Shown: piece after piece, positions 21,684 through 35,158 of the stretch
Numbering within the stretch: position 1 is the first letter of the stretch
How the letters are laid out: every line of letters begins with the position of its first letter
From: Hydrolagus colliei
Lineage: Eukaryota
Length of the DNA: 64,000 nucleotides
Assembly (NCBI GenBank): GCA_035084275.1
Contig: CM068771.1
Location: forward strand, 496,001-560,000
Reading direction: 5' to 3'
Position numbers and translations under genes: made by a program
Notes under the pieces: model-generated
What the model was told of the DNA's origin: nothing
Database searches by the model: none
The model's input: only the letters and a program-made list of their open reading frames with translations

Positions 21684-24600
21684 TGTGGAGCGGGAGAGAG
21701 AGAGTGGAGGTGGAGAGCAGAGAGAGTGTGGATGGGGAGAGCAGAGAGAGAGTGTGGAGGGGGGAGAGAGCAGAGAGAGTGTGGAGGTGGAGAGCAGAGA
21801 GAGTATGGAGGGGGAGAGCAGAGAGAGCGTGGAGGGGGAGAGCAGAGAGAGAGTGTGGAGGGGGAGAGCAGAGAGAGTGTGGGAGGTGGAGAGCAGAGAG
21901 AGTATGGAGGGGGGAGAGCAGAGAGAGAGTGTGTAGGGGGAGAGCAGAGAGAGAGTGTGGAGGGGGGAGAGCAGGGAGAGAGTGTGGAGGGGGAGAGCAG
22001 AGAGAGAGTGGAGGGGGAGAGCAGAGAGAGAGTGTGGAGGGGGAGAGCAGAGAGAGAGTGTGGAGGTGGAGAGAGAGAGAGTGTGGAGGGGGAGAGCAGA
22101 GAGAGAGTGTGGAGGGGAGAGAGTGAGTGGAGTTGGAGAGCAGAGAGAGTGTGGAGGGGGAGAGCAGAGAGAGAGTGGAGGGGGAGAGCAGAGAGAGAGA
22201 GTGTGGAGGGGGAGAGCAGAGAGAGTGTGGAGGGGGAGAGCAGAGAGAGAGAGAGTGTGGAGGGGGAGAGCAGAGAGAAAGTGTGGAGGGGGAGAGAGAG
22301 AGAGTGAGGGGGAGAGCAGAGAGAGAGAGAGCGTGGAGGGGGAGAGCAGAGAGAGAGTGGAGGGGGAGAGCAGAGAGAGAGTGTGGAGGCGGAGAGCAGA
22401 GAGAGAGTGTGGAGGGGGAGAGCAGAGAGAGAGTGTGGAGGGGGAGAGCAGAGAGAGAGTGTGGAGGGGGAGAGCAGAGAGAGAGAGAGTGGAGGGGGAG
22501 AGCAGAGAGAGTGTGGAGGGGGAGAGCAGAGAGAGAGAGTGGAGAGGGAGAGCAGAGAGAGAGAGTGTGGAGGGGAGAGCAGAGAGAGAGGGAAAGTGTG
22601 GAGGGGGAGAGCAGAGAGAGAGAGAAAGTGTGGAGGGGGAGAGCAGAGAGAGAGAAAGTGTGGAGGGGGAGAGCAGAGAGAGAGAAAGTGTGGAGGGGGA
22701 GAGCAGAGAGTGTGTGGAGGGGGAGAGAGAGTGTGGAGGGGGAGAGAGAGTGTGGAGGGGGAGAGCAGAGAGAGTGTGGAGGGGGAGAGCAGAGAGAGTG
22801 GAGGGGGAGAGTAGAGAGAGAGTGTGGAGGGGGAGAGCAGAGAGAGAGTGTGGAGGGGAGAGCAGAGAGAGAGTGTGGAGGGGGAGAGCAGAGAGAGAGA
22901 GTGGAGGGGGAGAGCAGAGAGTGTGTGGAGGGGGAGAGAGAGTGTGGAGGGGGAGAGCAGAGAGAGTGTGTGGAGGGGGAGAGCAGAGAGAGAGTGTGGA
23001 GGGGGAGAGCAGAGAGAGAGTGTGGAGGGGGAGAGCAGAGAGAGAGTGTAGAGGGGGAGAGCAGAGAGAGAGAGAGTGGAGGGGGAGAGCAGAGAGAGAG
23101 TGTGGAGGCGGAGAACAGAGAGAGAGTGTGGAGGGGGAGAGCAGAGAGAGAGTGTGGAGGGGGAGAGAGAGAGAGTGTGGAGGGGGAGAGCAGAGAGAGA
23201 GAGAGTGGAGGGGGAGAGCAGAGAGACAGAGAGAGTGTGGAGGGGGAGAGCAGAGAGAGAGAGTGGAGAGGGAGAGCAGAGAGAGAGTGTGGAGGGGAGA
23301 GCAGAGAGAGAGAGAAAGTGTGGAGGGGGAGAGCAGAGAGAGAGAGAAAGTGTGGAGGGGGGAGAGCAGAGAGAGAGAAAGTGTGGAGGGGGAGAGCAGA
23401 GAGAGAGAAAGTGTGGAGGGGGAGAGCAGAGAGTGTGTGGAGGAGGAGAGAGAGTGTGGAGGGGGGAGAGCAGAGAGAGTGTGGAGTAGGAGAGCAGAGA
23501 GAGAGTGTGGAGGGGGAGATCAGAGAGAGAGAGTGTGGAGGGGGAGAGCAGAGAGAGAGTGTGGAGGGGAGAGAGAGAGAGTGTGGAGGGGGAGAGCAGA
23601 GAGAGAGAGTGTGGAGGGGGAGAGCAGAGAGAGAGTGTGGAGGGGAGAGCAGAGAGAGAGTGTGGAGGGGGAGAGCAGAGAGAGAGTGTGGAGGGGGAGA
23701 GCAGAGAGAGAGTGTGGAGGGGGAGAGCAGAGAGAGAGAGTGTGGAGGGGGAGAGCAGAGAGAGAGTGTGGAGGGGGAGAGAGAGAGAGTGTGGAGGGGG
23801 AGAGCAGAGAGAGTGTGGAGGGGGAGAGCAGAGAGAGAGAGTGTGGAGGGGGAGAGCAGAGAGAGAGTGGAGGGGGAGAGCAGAGAGAGAGTGTGGAGGC
23901 GGAGAGCAGAGAGAGAGTGTGGAGGGGGAGAGCAGAGAGAGAGTCGTGGAGGGGGAGAGCAGAGAGAGAGAGAGTGGAGGGGGAGAGCAGAGAGAGTGTG
24001 GAGGGGGAGAGCAGAGAGAGAGAGTGGAGAGGGAGAGCAGAGAGAGAGAGTGTGGAGGGGAGAGCAGAGAGAGAGGGAAAAAGAGAGAGGGAAAGTGTGG
24101 AGGGGGAGAGCAGAGAGAGAGAGAAAGTGTGGAGGGGGAGAGCAGAGAGAGAGAAAGTGTGGAGGGGGAGAGCAGAGAGAGAGAAAGTGTGGAGGGGGAG
24201 AGCAGAGAGTGTGTGGAGGGGGAGAGAGAGTGTGGAGGGGGAGAGAGAGTGTGGAGGGGGAGAGCAGAGAGAGTGTGGAGGGGGAGAGCAGAGAGAGTGG
24301 AGGGGGGAGAGTAGAGAGAGAGTGTGGAGGGGGAGAGCAGAGAGAGAGTGTGGAGGGGGAGAGCAGAGAGAGAGTGTGGAGGGGGAGAGCAGAGAGAGAG
24401 AGTGGAGGGGGAGAGCAGAGAGTGTGTGGAGGGGGAGAGAGAGTGTGGAGGGGGAGAGCAGAGAGAGTGTGTGGAGGGGGAGAGCAGAGAGAGAGTGTGG
24501 AGGGGGAGAGCAGAGAGAGAGTGTGGAGGGGGAGAGCAGAGAGAGAGTGTAGAGGGGGAGAGCAGAGAGAGAGAGAGTGGAGGGGGAGAGCAGAGAGAGA

Positions 24601-27600
24601 GTGTGGAGGCGGAGAGCAGAGAGAGAGTGTGGAGGGGGAGAGCAGAGAGAGAGTGTGGAGGGGGAGAGAGAGAGAGTGTGGAGGGGGAGAGCAGAGAGAG
24701 AGAGAGTGGAGGGGGAGAGCAGAGAGAAAGAGAGAGTGTGGAGGGGGAGAGCAGAGAGAGAGAGTGGAGAGGGAGAGCAGAGAGAGAGTGGAGGGGAGAG
24801 CAGAGAGAGAGAGAAAGTGTGGAGGGGGAGAGCAGAGAGAGAGAGAAAGTGTGGAGGGGGAGAGCAGAGAGAGAGAAAGTGTGGAGGGGGAGAGCAGAGA
24901 GAGAGAAAGTGTGGAGGGGGGAGAGCAGAGAGTGTGGAGGAGGAGGAGAGAGAGTGTGGAGGGGGAGAGCAGAGAGAGTGTGGAGTAGGAGAGCAGAGAG
25001 AGTGGAGGGGAGAGCAGAGAGAGTGGAGGGGGAGAGCAGAGAGAGAGTGTGGAGGGGGAGAGCAGAGAGAGTGTGGAGGGGGAGAGCAGAGAGAGAGAGT
25101 GTGGAGGGGAGAGCAGAGAGAGAGTGTGGAGGGGAGAGCAGAGAGAGAGTGTGGAGGGGGGAGAGCAGAGAGAGAGTGTGGAGGGGGAGATCAGAGAGAG
25201 AGAGAGTGTGGAGGGGGAGAGCAGAGAGAGAGTGGAGGGGGAGAGCAGAGAGAGTGTGGAGGCGGAGAGCAGAGAGAGAGTGTGGAGGGGGAGAGCAGAG
25301 AGAGAGTGTGGAGGGGGAGAGCAGAGAGAGTGTGGAGGGGGAGAGCAGAGAGAGAGAGAGTGGAGGGGGAGAGCAGAGAGAGTGTGGAGGGGGAGAGCAG
25401 AGAGAGAGAGTGGAGAGGGAGAGCAGAGAGAGAGAGTGTGGAGGGGGAGAGCAGAGAGAGAGGGAAAGTGTGGAGGGGGAGAGCAGAGAGAGAGAGAAAG
25501 TGTGGAGGGGGAGAGCAGAGAGTGTGTGGAGGGGGAGAGAGAGTGTGGAGGGGGAGAGAGAGTGTGGAGGGGGGAGAGCAGAGAGAGTGTGGAGGGGGAG
25601 AGCAGAGAGAGTGGGAGGGGGGGAGAGTAGAGAGAGAGTGTGGAGGGGGAGAGCAGAGAGAGAGTGTGGAGGGGGAGAGCAGAGAGGTGTGGAGGGGGAG
25701 AGAGGAGTGTGGAGGGGGAGAGCAGAGAGAGTGTGTGGAGGGGGAGAGCAGAGAGAGAGTGTGGAGGGGGAGAGCAGAGAGAGAGTGTGGAGGGGGGAGA
25801 GCAGAGAGAGAGTGTGTGGAGGGGGAGAGCAGAGAGAGAGTGGAGGGGGAGAGGAGAGAGAGAGAGAGAGAGTGGAGGGGGGAGAGCAGAGAGAGTGTGG
25901 AGGGGGAGAGCAGAGAGAGAGAGAGTGGAGGGGGAGAGCAAGAGAGAGAGAGTGGAGGGGGAGAGCAGAGAGAGTGTGGAGGGGCAGAGCAGAGAGAGAG
26001 AGAGTGTGGAGGGGGAGAGCAGAGAGAGTGTGTGGAGGGGGGAGAGCAGAGAGAGAGTGTGGAGGGGGGAGAGCAGAGAGAGTGTGGAGGGGGGAGAGCA
26101 AAGAGAGAGAGAGTGGAGGGGGAGAGCAGAGAGAGAGTGTGGAGGGGGAGAGCAGAGAGAGAGTGTGGAGGGGGAGAGCAGAGAGAGAGAGAGTGTGGAG
26201 GGGGGAGAGGAGAGAGAGAGAGAGTGTTGAGGGGGAGAGCAGAGAGAGTGTGGAGGGGGGAGAGTAGAGAGAGTGTGGAGGGGGAGAGCAGAGAGAGTGT
26301 GGAGGGGGAGAGCAGAGAGAGTGTGGAGGGGGAGAGCAGAGAGAGAGAGTGTGTGGAGGGGGAGAGCAGAGAGAGAGTGTGGAGAGGGAGAGCAGAGAGA
26401 GAGAGTGTGGAGGGGGAGAGCAGAGAGAGAGAGTGTGGAGGGGGAGAGCAGAGAGAGAGAGTGTGAGGGGGAGAGCAGAGAGAGAGAGTGTGGAGGGGGA
26501 GAGCAGAGAGAGAGAGTGTGGAGGGGGAGAGCAGAGAGAGAGTGTGGAGGGGGAGAGCAGAGAGAGAGTGTGGAGGGGAGAGCAGAGAGAGAGTTTGGAG
26601 GGGGAGAGCAGAGAGAGTGAGTGTGGAGGCGGAGAGCAGAGAGAAGAGTGGAGGGGGAGAGCAGAGAGAGAGTGTGGAGGGGGAGAGCAGAGAGAGAGTG
26701 AGTGTGGAGGGGGAGAGCAGAGAGAGAGAGTGTGGAGGGGGAGAGCAGAGAGAGAGTGTGGAGGGGGAGAGCAGAGAGAGAGTGTGGAGGGAGAGAGCAG
26801 AGAGAGAGTTGGAGGGGGAGAGCAGAGAGAGAGTGAGTGTGGAGGCGGAGAGCAGAGAGAGAGAGTGGAGGGGGAGAGCAGAGAGAGAGTGTGGAGGGGG
26901 AGAGCAGAGAGAGAGTGAGTGTGGAGGGGGAGAGCAGAGAGAGTGTGGAGGGGGAGAGCAGAGAGAGTGTGGAGGGGAGAGCAGAGAGAGAGAGTGTGGA
27001 GGGGGAGAGCAGAGAGAGAGAGTGTGGAGGGGGAGAGCAGAGAGAGAGAGTGTGGAGGGGGAGAGCAGAGAGAGAGTGTGGAGGGGGAGAGCAGAGAGAG
27101 AGTGTGGAGGGGGAGAGCAGAGAGAGAGTTTGGAGGGGGGAGAGCAGAGAGAGAGTGAGTGTGGAGGGGGAGAGCAGAGAGAGTGTGGAGGGGGAGAGCA
27201 GAGAGAGTGTGGAGGGGGAGAGCAGAGAGAGAGAGTGTGGAGGGGGAGAGCAGAGAGAGAGAGTGTGGAGGGGGAGGAGCAGAGAGAGAGACTGTGGAGG
27301 GGGAGAGCAGAGAGAGAGTGTGGAGGGGGAGAGCAGAGAGAGAGTGTGGAGGGGGAGAGCAGAGAGAGAATGTGGAGGGGGAGAGCAGAGAGAGAGTGTG
27401 GAAGGGGAGAGCAGAGAGAGTGTGGAGGGGGAGAGCAGAGAGAGTGTGGAGGGGGAGAGCAGAGAGAGTGTGTGGAGGGGGAGAGCAGAGAGAGTGTGGA
27501 GGGGGAGAGCAGAGAGAGTGTGGAGGGGGAGAGCAGAGAGAGAGTGGAGGGGAGAGGAGAGAGAGAGAGAGAGAGTGGAGGGGGAGAGCAGAGAGAGAGT

Positions 27601-30600
27601 GTGTGGAGGGGGAGAGCAGAGAGAGAGAGAGTGGAGGGGGAGAGCAAAGAGAGAGAGAGTGGAGGGGGAGAGCAGAGAGAGTGTGGAGGGGCAGAGCAGA
27701 GAGAGAGAGAGTGTGGAGGGGGAGAGCAGAGAGAGAGAGAGTGGAGGGGGAGAGCAGAGAGAGTGTGGAGGGGGAGAGCAGAGAGAGTGTGGAGGGGGAG
27801 AGCAGAGAGAGAGAGTGTGGAGGGGGGAGAGCAGAGAGAGAGGGAAAGTGTGGAGGGGGAGAGCAGAGAGAGAGAGAAAGTGTGGAGGGGGAGAGCAGAG
27901 AGTGTGTGGAGGGGGAGAGAGAGTGTGGAGGGGGAGAGAGAGTGTGGAGGGGGAGAGCAGAGAGAGTGTGGAGGGGGAGAGCAGAGAGAGTGGAGGGGGA
28001 GAGTAGAGAGAGAGTGTGGAGGGGAGAGAGCAGAGAGAGAGTGTGGAGGGGGAGAGCAGAGAGTGTGTGGAGGGGGAGAGAGAGTGTGGAGGGGGAGAGC
28101 AGAGAGAGTGTGTGGAGGGGGAGAGCAGAGAGAGAGTGTGGAGGGGAGAGCAGAGAGAGAGTGTGGAGGGGGAGAGCAGAGAGAGAGTGTGTGGAGGGGG
28201 AGAGCAGAGAGAGAGTGGGGGGAGAGGAGAGAGAGAGAGAGAGTGGAGGGGGAGAGCAGAGAGAGTGTGGAGGGGGAGAGCAGAGAGAGAGAGAGTGGAG
28301 GGGGAGAGCAAAGAGAGAGAGAGTGGAGGGGGAGAGCAGAGAGAGTGTGGAGGGGCAGAGCAGAGAGAGAGAGAGTGTGGAGGGGGAGAGCAGAGAGAGT
28401 GTGTGGAGGGGGAGAGCAGAGAGAGAGTGTGAAGGGGGAGAGCAGAGAGAGTGTGGAGGGGGAGAGCAGAGAGAGAGAGAGTGGAGGGGGAGAGCAGAGA
28501 GAGAGTGTGGAGGGGGAGAGCAGAGAGAGAGAGAGTGTGGAGGGGGAGAGCAGAGAGAGTGTGTGGAGGGGGAGAGCAGAGAGAGAGTGTGGAGGGGGAG
28601 AGCAGAGAGAGTGTGGAGGGGGAGAGCAAAGAGAGAGAGAGTGGAGGGGGAGAGCAGAGAGAGAGAGTGTGGAGGGGGAGAGGAGAGAGAGAGAGTGGAG
28701 GGGGACAGCAGAGAGAGTGTGTGGAGGGGGGAGAGCAGAGAGAGAGTGGAGGGGGAGAGGAGAGAGGAGAGAGAGAGAGAGGAGGGGGAGAGAGAGAGAG
28801 TGTGGAGGGGGAGAGCAGAGAGAGTGTGGAGGGGGAGAGCAAAGAGAGAGAGAGTGGGAGGGGGAGAGCAGAGAGAGAGTGTGGAGGGGGGAGAGCAGAG
28901 AGAGAGTGTGGAGGGGGAGAGCAGAGAGAGAGAGAGTGTGGAGGGGGAGAGGAGAGAGAGAGAGAGTGTTGAGGGGGAGAGCAGAGAGAGAGTGTGGAGG
29001 GGGAGAGTAGAGAGAGTGTGGAGGGGGAGAGCAGAGAGAGAGTGTGGAGGGGGGAGAGCAGAGAGAGAGAGTGTGTGGAGGGGGAGAGCAGGAGAGAGAG
29101 TGTGGAGAGGGAGAGCAGAGAGAGGAGAGTGTGGAGGGGGGAGAGCAGAGAGAGAGAGTGTGGAGGGGGAGAGCAGAGAGAGAGAGAGTGTGGAGGGGGA
29201 GAGCAGAGAGAGAGAGTGTGGAGGGGGAGAGCAGAGAGAGAGTGTGGAGGGGGGAGAGCAGAGAGAGAGTGTGGAGGGGGAGAGCAGAGAGAGAGTTTGG
29301 AGGGGGAGAGCAGAGAGAGAGTGAGTGTGGAGGCGGAGAGCAGAGAGAAAGAGTGGAGGGGGAGAGCAGAGAGAGAGTGTGGAGGGGGAGAGCAGAGAGA
29401 GAGTGAGTGTGGAGGGGGAGAGCAGAGAGAGTGTGGAGGGGGAGAGCAGAGAGAGTGTGGAGGGGGAGAGCAGAGAGAGAGAGTGTGGAGGGGGAGAGCA
29501 GAGAGAGAGAGTGTGGAGGGGGAGAGCAGAGAGAGAGAGTGTGGAGGGGGAGAGCAGAGAGAGAGTGTGGAGGGGGAGAGCAGAGAGAGAGTGTGGAGGG
29601 GGAGAGTAGAGAGAGAGTTTGGAGGGGGAGAGCAGAGAGAGAGTGAGTGTGGGAGGGGGAGAGCAGAGAGAGTGTGGAGGGGGAGAGCAGAGAGAGTGTG
29701 GAGGGGGAGAGCAGAGAGAGAGAGTGTGGAGGGGGAGAGCAGAGAGAGAGAGTGTGGAGGGGGAGAGCAGAGAGAGAGACTGTGGAGGGGGAGAGCAGAG
29801 AGAGAGTGTGGAGGGGGAGAGCAGAGAGAGAGTGTGGAGGGGGAGAGCAGAGAGAGAATGTGGAGGGGGAGAGCAGAGAGAGAGTGTGGAAGGGGAGAGC
29901 AGAGAGAGTGTGGAGGGGGAGAGCAGAGAGAGTGTGGAGGGGGAGAGCAGAGAGAGTGTGTGGAGGGGGAGAGCAGAGAGAGTGTGGAGGGGGGAGAGCA
30001 GAGAGAGTGTGGAGGGGGAGAGCAGAGAGAGAGTGGAGGGGGAGAGGAGAGAGAGAGAGAGAGAGTGGAGGGGGAGAGCAGAGAGAGTGTGTGGAGGGGT
30101 GGAGAGCAGAGAGAGAGAGAGTGGAGGGGGAGAGCAAAGAGAGAGAGAGTGGAGGGGGAGAGCAGAGAGAGTGTGGAGGGGCAGAGCAGAGAGAGAGAGA
30201 GTGTGGAGGGGGAGAGCAGAGAGAGAGAGAGTGGAGGGGGAGAGCAGAGAGAGTGTGGAGGGGGGAGAGCAGAGAGAGTGTGGAGGGGGAGAGCAGAGAG
30301 AGAGAGTGTGGAGGGGGAGAGCAGAGAGAGAGGGAAGTGTGGAGGGGGAGAGCAAGAGAGAGAGAGAAGTGTGGAGGGGGAGAGCAGAGAGTGTGTGGAG
30401 GGGGGAGAGAGAGTGTGGAGGGGGAGAGAGAGTGTGGAGGGGGGAGAGCAGAGAGAGTGTGGAGGGGGGAGAGCAGAGAGAGTGGAGGGGGAGGAGTAGG
30501 AGAGAGAGTGTGGAGGGGGAGAGCAGAGAGAGAGTGTGGAGGGGGAGAGCAGAGAGTGTGTGGAGGGGGAGAGAGAGTGTGGAGGGGGGAGAGCAGAGAG

Positions 30601-30717
30601 AGTGTGTGGAGGGGGAGAGCAGAGAGAGAGTGTGGAGGGGGGAGAGCAGGAGAGAGAGTGTGGAGGGGGGAGAGCAGAGAGAGAGTGTGTGGAGGGGGAG
30701 AGCAGAGAGAGAGTGGA
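10228..30717. repeat. ~20.5 kb GA-rich satellite, unit about 24-28 bp: (GA)n-GTGTG-GAGGGGGAGAGCA
   Basis: Continuous tandem array; rare variants recur at multi-kb spacing. Confidence 0.97.
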
Positions 30718-30917
30718 NNNNNNNNNNNNNNNNNNNNNNNNNNNNNNNNNNNNNNNNNNNNNNNNNNNNNNNNNNNNNNNNNNNNNNNNNNNNNNNNNNN
30801 NNNNNNNNNNNNNNNNNNNNNNNNNNNNNNNNNNNNNNNNNNNNNNNNNNNNNNNNNNNNNNNNNNNNNNNNNNNNNNNNNNNNNNNNNNNNNNNNNNNN
30901 NNNNNNNNNNNNNNNNN
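30718..30917. other. Assembly gap of exactly 200 N (probably an unsized scaffold join)
   Basis: Round length, unlike the 131-176 N gaps elsewhere; the sequence family changes across it. Confidence 0.75.
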
Positions 30918-31135
30918 TAGGGTGTGTGTGAGGGGGTGTGTGTGTGTGTGAGGGGGGGTGAGAGCTGAGGGTGAGGGGGTGTGTGTGAGAGGGAGGGTGT
31001 GTATGTGAGGGTGTGTATGTGAGGGTGTGTATGTGAGTGTGTGTGTGTGTGTGTGAGGGGGTGTGTGTGAGAGGGAGGGTGTGTATGTGAGGGTGTGTGT
31101 GTGTGTGTGAGGGGGGTGAGAGCTGAGGGTGAACA
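30918..31135. repeat. GT-rich tandem (gagggtgtgtatgt)n
   Basis: Direct reading. Confidence 0.8.
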
Positions 31136-31221
31136 CTAGTCACTAGTGACCTGTAGTGACAGTTTATTTTGAAATAAACACAATGTGACATGTGACTGAT
31201 GGAGGTTTGTTTGGCTGAATC

Positions 31222-31690
31222 CGACCCCCCCCCCCCACACTGACCCCTTCCACACTGACCCCCCCACACACTGACCCCCCCCCCACACTGACCCCTCCCA
31301 CACTGACCCCCCCCACACACTGCCCCCCCCACACTGACCTCCCCCCACACACTGCCCCCCCCCACACACTGCCCCCCCCCACACACTGCCCCCCACACAC
31401 ACTGACCCCTTCACACTGACCCCCCCACACACTGACCCCCCCCCCACACTGACCCCTCCCACACTGACCCCCCCACACACTGACCCCCCCCCACACTGAC
31501 CCCTCCCACACTGACCCCCCCACACACTGCCCCCCCCACACTGACCTCCCCCCACACACTGCCCCCCCCCACACACTGCCCCCCCCACACACTGCCCCCC
31601 CCCACACTGACCTCCCCCCACACACTGCCCCCCCCCACACACTGCCCCCCACACACACTGACCCCTCCCACACTGACCCCCCCCACACAA
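31222..31690. repeat. C-rich minisatellite (cacactgaccccccc)n
   Basis: About 30 units; G-tracts on the minus strand. Confidence 0.9.
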
Positions 31691-31721
31691 CCCCACACCA
31701 ACAACAACAACTGTCATGTAT

Positions 31722-33887
31722 ACACAGTGACCCTCACANNNNNNNNNNNNNNNNNNNNNNNNNNNNNNNNNNNNNNNNNNNNNNNNNNNNNNNNNNNNNN
31801 NNNNNNNNNNNNNNNNNNNNNNNNNNNNNNNNNNNNNNNNNNNNNNNNNNNNNNNNNNNNNNNNNNNNNNNACACAGTGACCCTCACACNNNNNNNNNNN
31901 NNNNNNNNNNNNNNNNNNNNNNNNNNNNNNNNNNNNNNNNNNNNNNNNNNNNNNNNNNNNNNNNNNNNNNNNNNNNNNNNNNNNNNNNNNNNNNNNNNNN
32001 NNNNNNNNNNNNNNNNNNNNNNNNNNNNNNNNNNNNNNNNNNNNNNNNNNNNNNNNNNNNNNNNNAGTGACCCTCACACACACACACACACACAGTGACC
32101 CTCACACACACACACACACACAGTGACCCTCACACACACACACACAGTGACCCTCACACACACACACACAGTGACCCTCACACACACACACACACAGTGA
32201 CCCTCACACACACACAGTCACCCTCACACACACACAGTGACCCTCACACACACACACACACAGTGACCCTCACACACACACACACAGTGACCCTCACACA
32301 CACACACACACACAGTGACCCTCACACACACACACACAGTGACCCTCACACACACACACAGTCACCCTCACACACACACAGTGACCCTCACACACACACA
32401 CACACAGTGACCCTCACACACACACACACAGTGACCCTCACACACACACACACACACAGTGACCCTCACACACACACACACACACAGTGACCCTCACACA
32501 CACACACACACAGTGACCCTCACACACACACAGTGACCCTCACACACACACACAGTGACCCTCACACACACACACACACAGTGACCCTCACACACACACA
32601 GTGACCCTCACACACACACACACACAGTGACCCTCACACACACACACACACAGTGACCCTCACACACACACACACAGTGACCCTCACACACACACACACA
32701 CACAGTGACCCTCACACACACACGCACAGTGACCCTCACACACACACACAGTGACCCTCACACACACACACACACACACAGTGACCCTCACACACACACA
32801 CAGTGACCCTCACACACACACAGTGACCCTCACACACACACACACACACAGTGACCCTCACACACACACACACAGTGACCCTCACACACACACACACACA
32901 CAGTGACCCTCACACACACACACACACACACAGTGACCCTCACACACACACACACACACAGTGACCCTCACACACACACACACAGTGACCCTCACACACA
33001 CACACACAGTGACCCTCACACACACACACACACAGTGACCCTCACACACACACACACACACACAGTGACCCTCACACACACACACACAGTGACCCTCACA
33101 CACACACACACACACACAGTGACCCTCACACACACACACACACACACACAGTGACCCTCACACACACACACACACAGTGACCCTCACACACACACACAGT
33201 GACCCTCACACACACACACACACACAGTGACCCTCACACACACACACACACACACGGTGACCCTCACACACACACACAGTGACCCTCACACACACACACA
33301 CACACAGTGACCCTCACACACACACACACACACACACAGTGACCCTCACACACACACACACAGTGACCCTCACACACACACACACACAGTGACCCTCACA
33401 CACATACACAGTGACCCTCACACACACACACACAGTGACCCTCACACACACACACAGTCACCCTCACACACACACAGTGACCCTCACACACACACACACA
33501 CAGTGACCCTCACACACACACACACAGTGACCCTCACACACACACACACACACAGTGACCCTCACACACACACACACACACAGTGACCCTCACACACACA
33601 CACACACACAGTGACCCTCACACACACACAGTGACCCTCACACACACACACAGTGACTCTCACACACACACACACACACACACACAGTGACCCTCACACA
33701 NNNNNNNNNNNNNNNNNNNNNNNNNNNNNNNNNNNNNNNNNNNNNNNNNNNNNNNNNNNNNNNNNNNNNNNNNNNNNNNNNNNNNNNNNNNNNNNNNNNN
33801 NNNNNNNNNNNNNNNNNNNNNNNNNNNNNNNNNNNNNNNACAGTGACCCTCACACACACACACACACACACAGTGACCCTCACACAC
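31722..33887. repeat. Minisatellite (CA)n-GTGACCCT array with three N gaps
   Basis: Invariant GTGACCCT separated by variable CA runs. Confidence 0.95.
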
Positions 33888-34175
33888 CGTCTCTATGTTG
33901 CCTCTGTCATTGGGTTCTCTTCCAGCCCCTGCACAGTCTCTTGCCGTGTTCCTCAGCATCGAGAACTTTCCACAGCTAAATGTGAGCCAAACTGCAGCCC
34001 TCCTGATTGGCACATGCAAGTGCCTCTGCACCAGCAGCATCAGCATCCACTGAGGCAAACTTCACCAAACAAGCCTGCCAGCAACCTGGCCTGCTCCATG
34101 TTCCCGGGACCTACCCGCCCCACATTTGGCAGGCGAGACTCTAGACATTCTGCCCTCAACCTCTGGAACTCCATC
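33888..34175 (+). mobile_element. Old internally deleted L2 composite, shared with 57240-57560 in inverted orientation
   Basis: Same deletion junctions (gttcctcagcatcgag / ttccacagctaaatgtgagc) appear in both copies. Confidence 0.7.
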
Positions 34176-34489
34176 CCATCATCAATGGTTGTTTTTTTGT
34201 TATTGGTTTTGCTGTATGAGAATAATTCCTGCCCGTCCTTTCAGATAGTGGCTGAGCTAAGGAATGTTGTAGTTTTGGTGAAATGTAGAGTCGGCCTTGG
34301 AATGAATGCAGGATATGAAAGACGTCTGATGTCAAGAAGGTCACTGAGCTTCTGTATTGGATCTGTATCATTATCCATGGAGGAGGGAGATATTGTCACT
34401 GCCCAAGATATGGAGCTGCTTGTGGGAGCCATACCAGATGGTTTCCGTCATATTGATATTCATCAAAACACTACACATACTCTACTGCA

Positions 34490-35158
34490 ACATTGCCAGG
34501 CTCCGCAACTATCTCACCCCCCGCGCTGCCGAAACACTCGTGCATGCATACATCACCTCACGGCTGGAATATGGAAACTCTCTCCTTATCGGCCTCCCCA
34601 GTTCCTCCATTCACAGGCTGCAGGTCATCCAAAACTCTGCAGCCCGTGTACTATCCCGCACCCGCCTCCGCGACCACATAACCCCCACCCTCGCCCGTCT
34701 CCAGTGGCTCCCCATCCTCCAGAGGATCGAGTTCAAGATCCTCGTCCTCACCTACAAGGCCTTACACGGCCTTGCCCTGCCCTATTTAACCGATCTATTC
34801 TCCCCCTACACGCCCACCCGGACCCTCCGTTCAACAGGACTTGGCCTGCTCCAAGGCCCCCGCCCGAACCGCCCCACCATCGGAGGCCGGGCCTTCAGTT
34901 TTTCCGCTCCCACCTTATGGAATGCTATCCCTCAATCCCTCCGTTTCGTTTCTTCCCTTTCCTCTTTCAAGGCCGGTTTGAAGACTTTCCTCTTCGATCG
35001 TGCCTTTTGTTCCACCCCGAACTCTTTTACCTCCCCTTCGTGTTTCACCCCTTCCCAACCACTCCCCTCTCAGCTCGGGTCACACGCCTCCTGTGCAGCG
35101 CTTTGGACGTCCTCCCGACGTGAAAGGCGCTCTATAAATGTAATTTGTTGTTGTTGTT
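34490..35158 (+). mobile_element. Young 5'-truncated L2 (copy A arm only)
   Basis: NIARLRNYLTPRAAETLVHAYITSRLEYGN...KTFLFDRAF with (TTG)n tail; absent from the homologous position in arm B (about 52480). Confidence 0.9.

Noticed and set aside
10074-31398. Giant ORFs (up to 6464 aa) in several frames
   Set aside because: Translations of a stop-poor GA/CT satellite; open on both strands, no domain content
4806-33839. Biological meaning of the 131-176 N runs
   Set aside because: Assembly gaps inside simple repeats; no sequence to interpret
31722-33887. Constant GTGACCCT motif with variable spacers, superficially CRISPR-like
   Set aside because: Spacers are only (CA)n runs, there are no cas genes, and the context is eukaryotic
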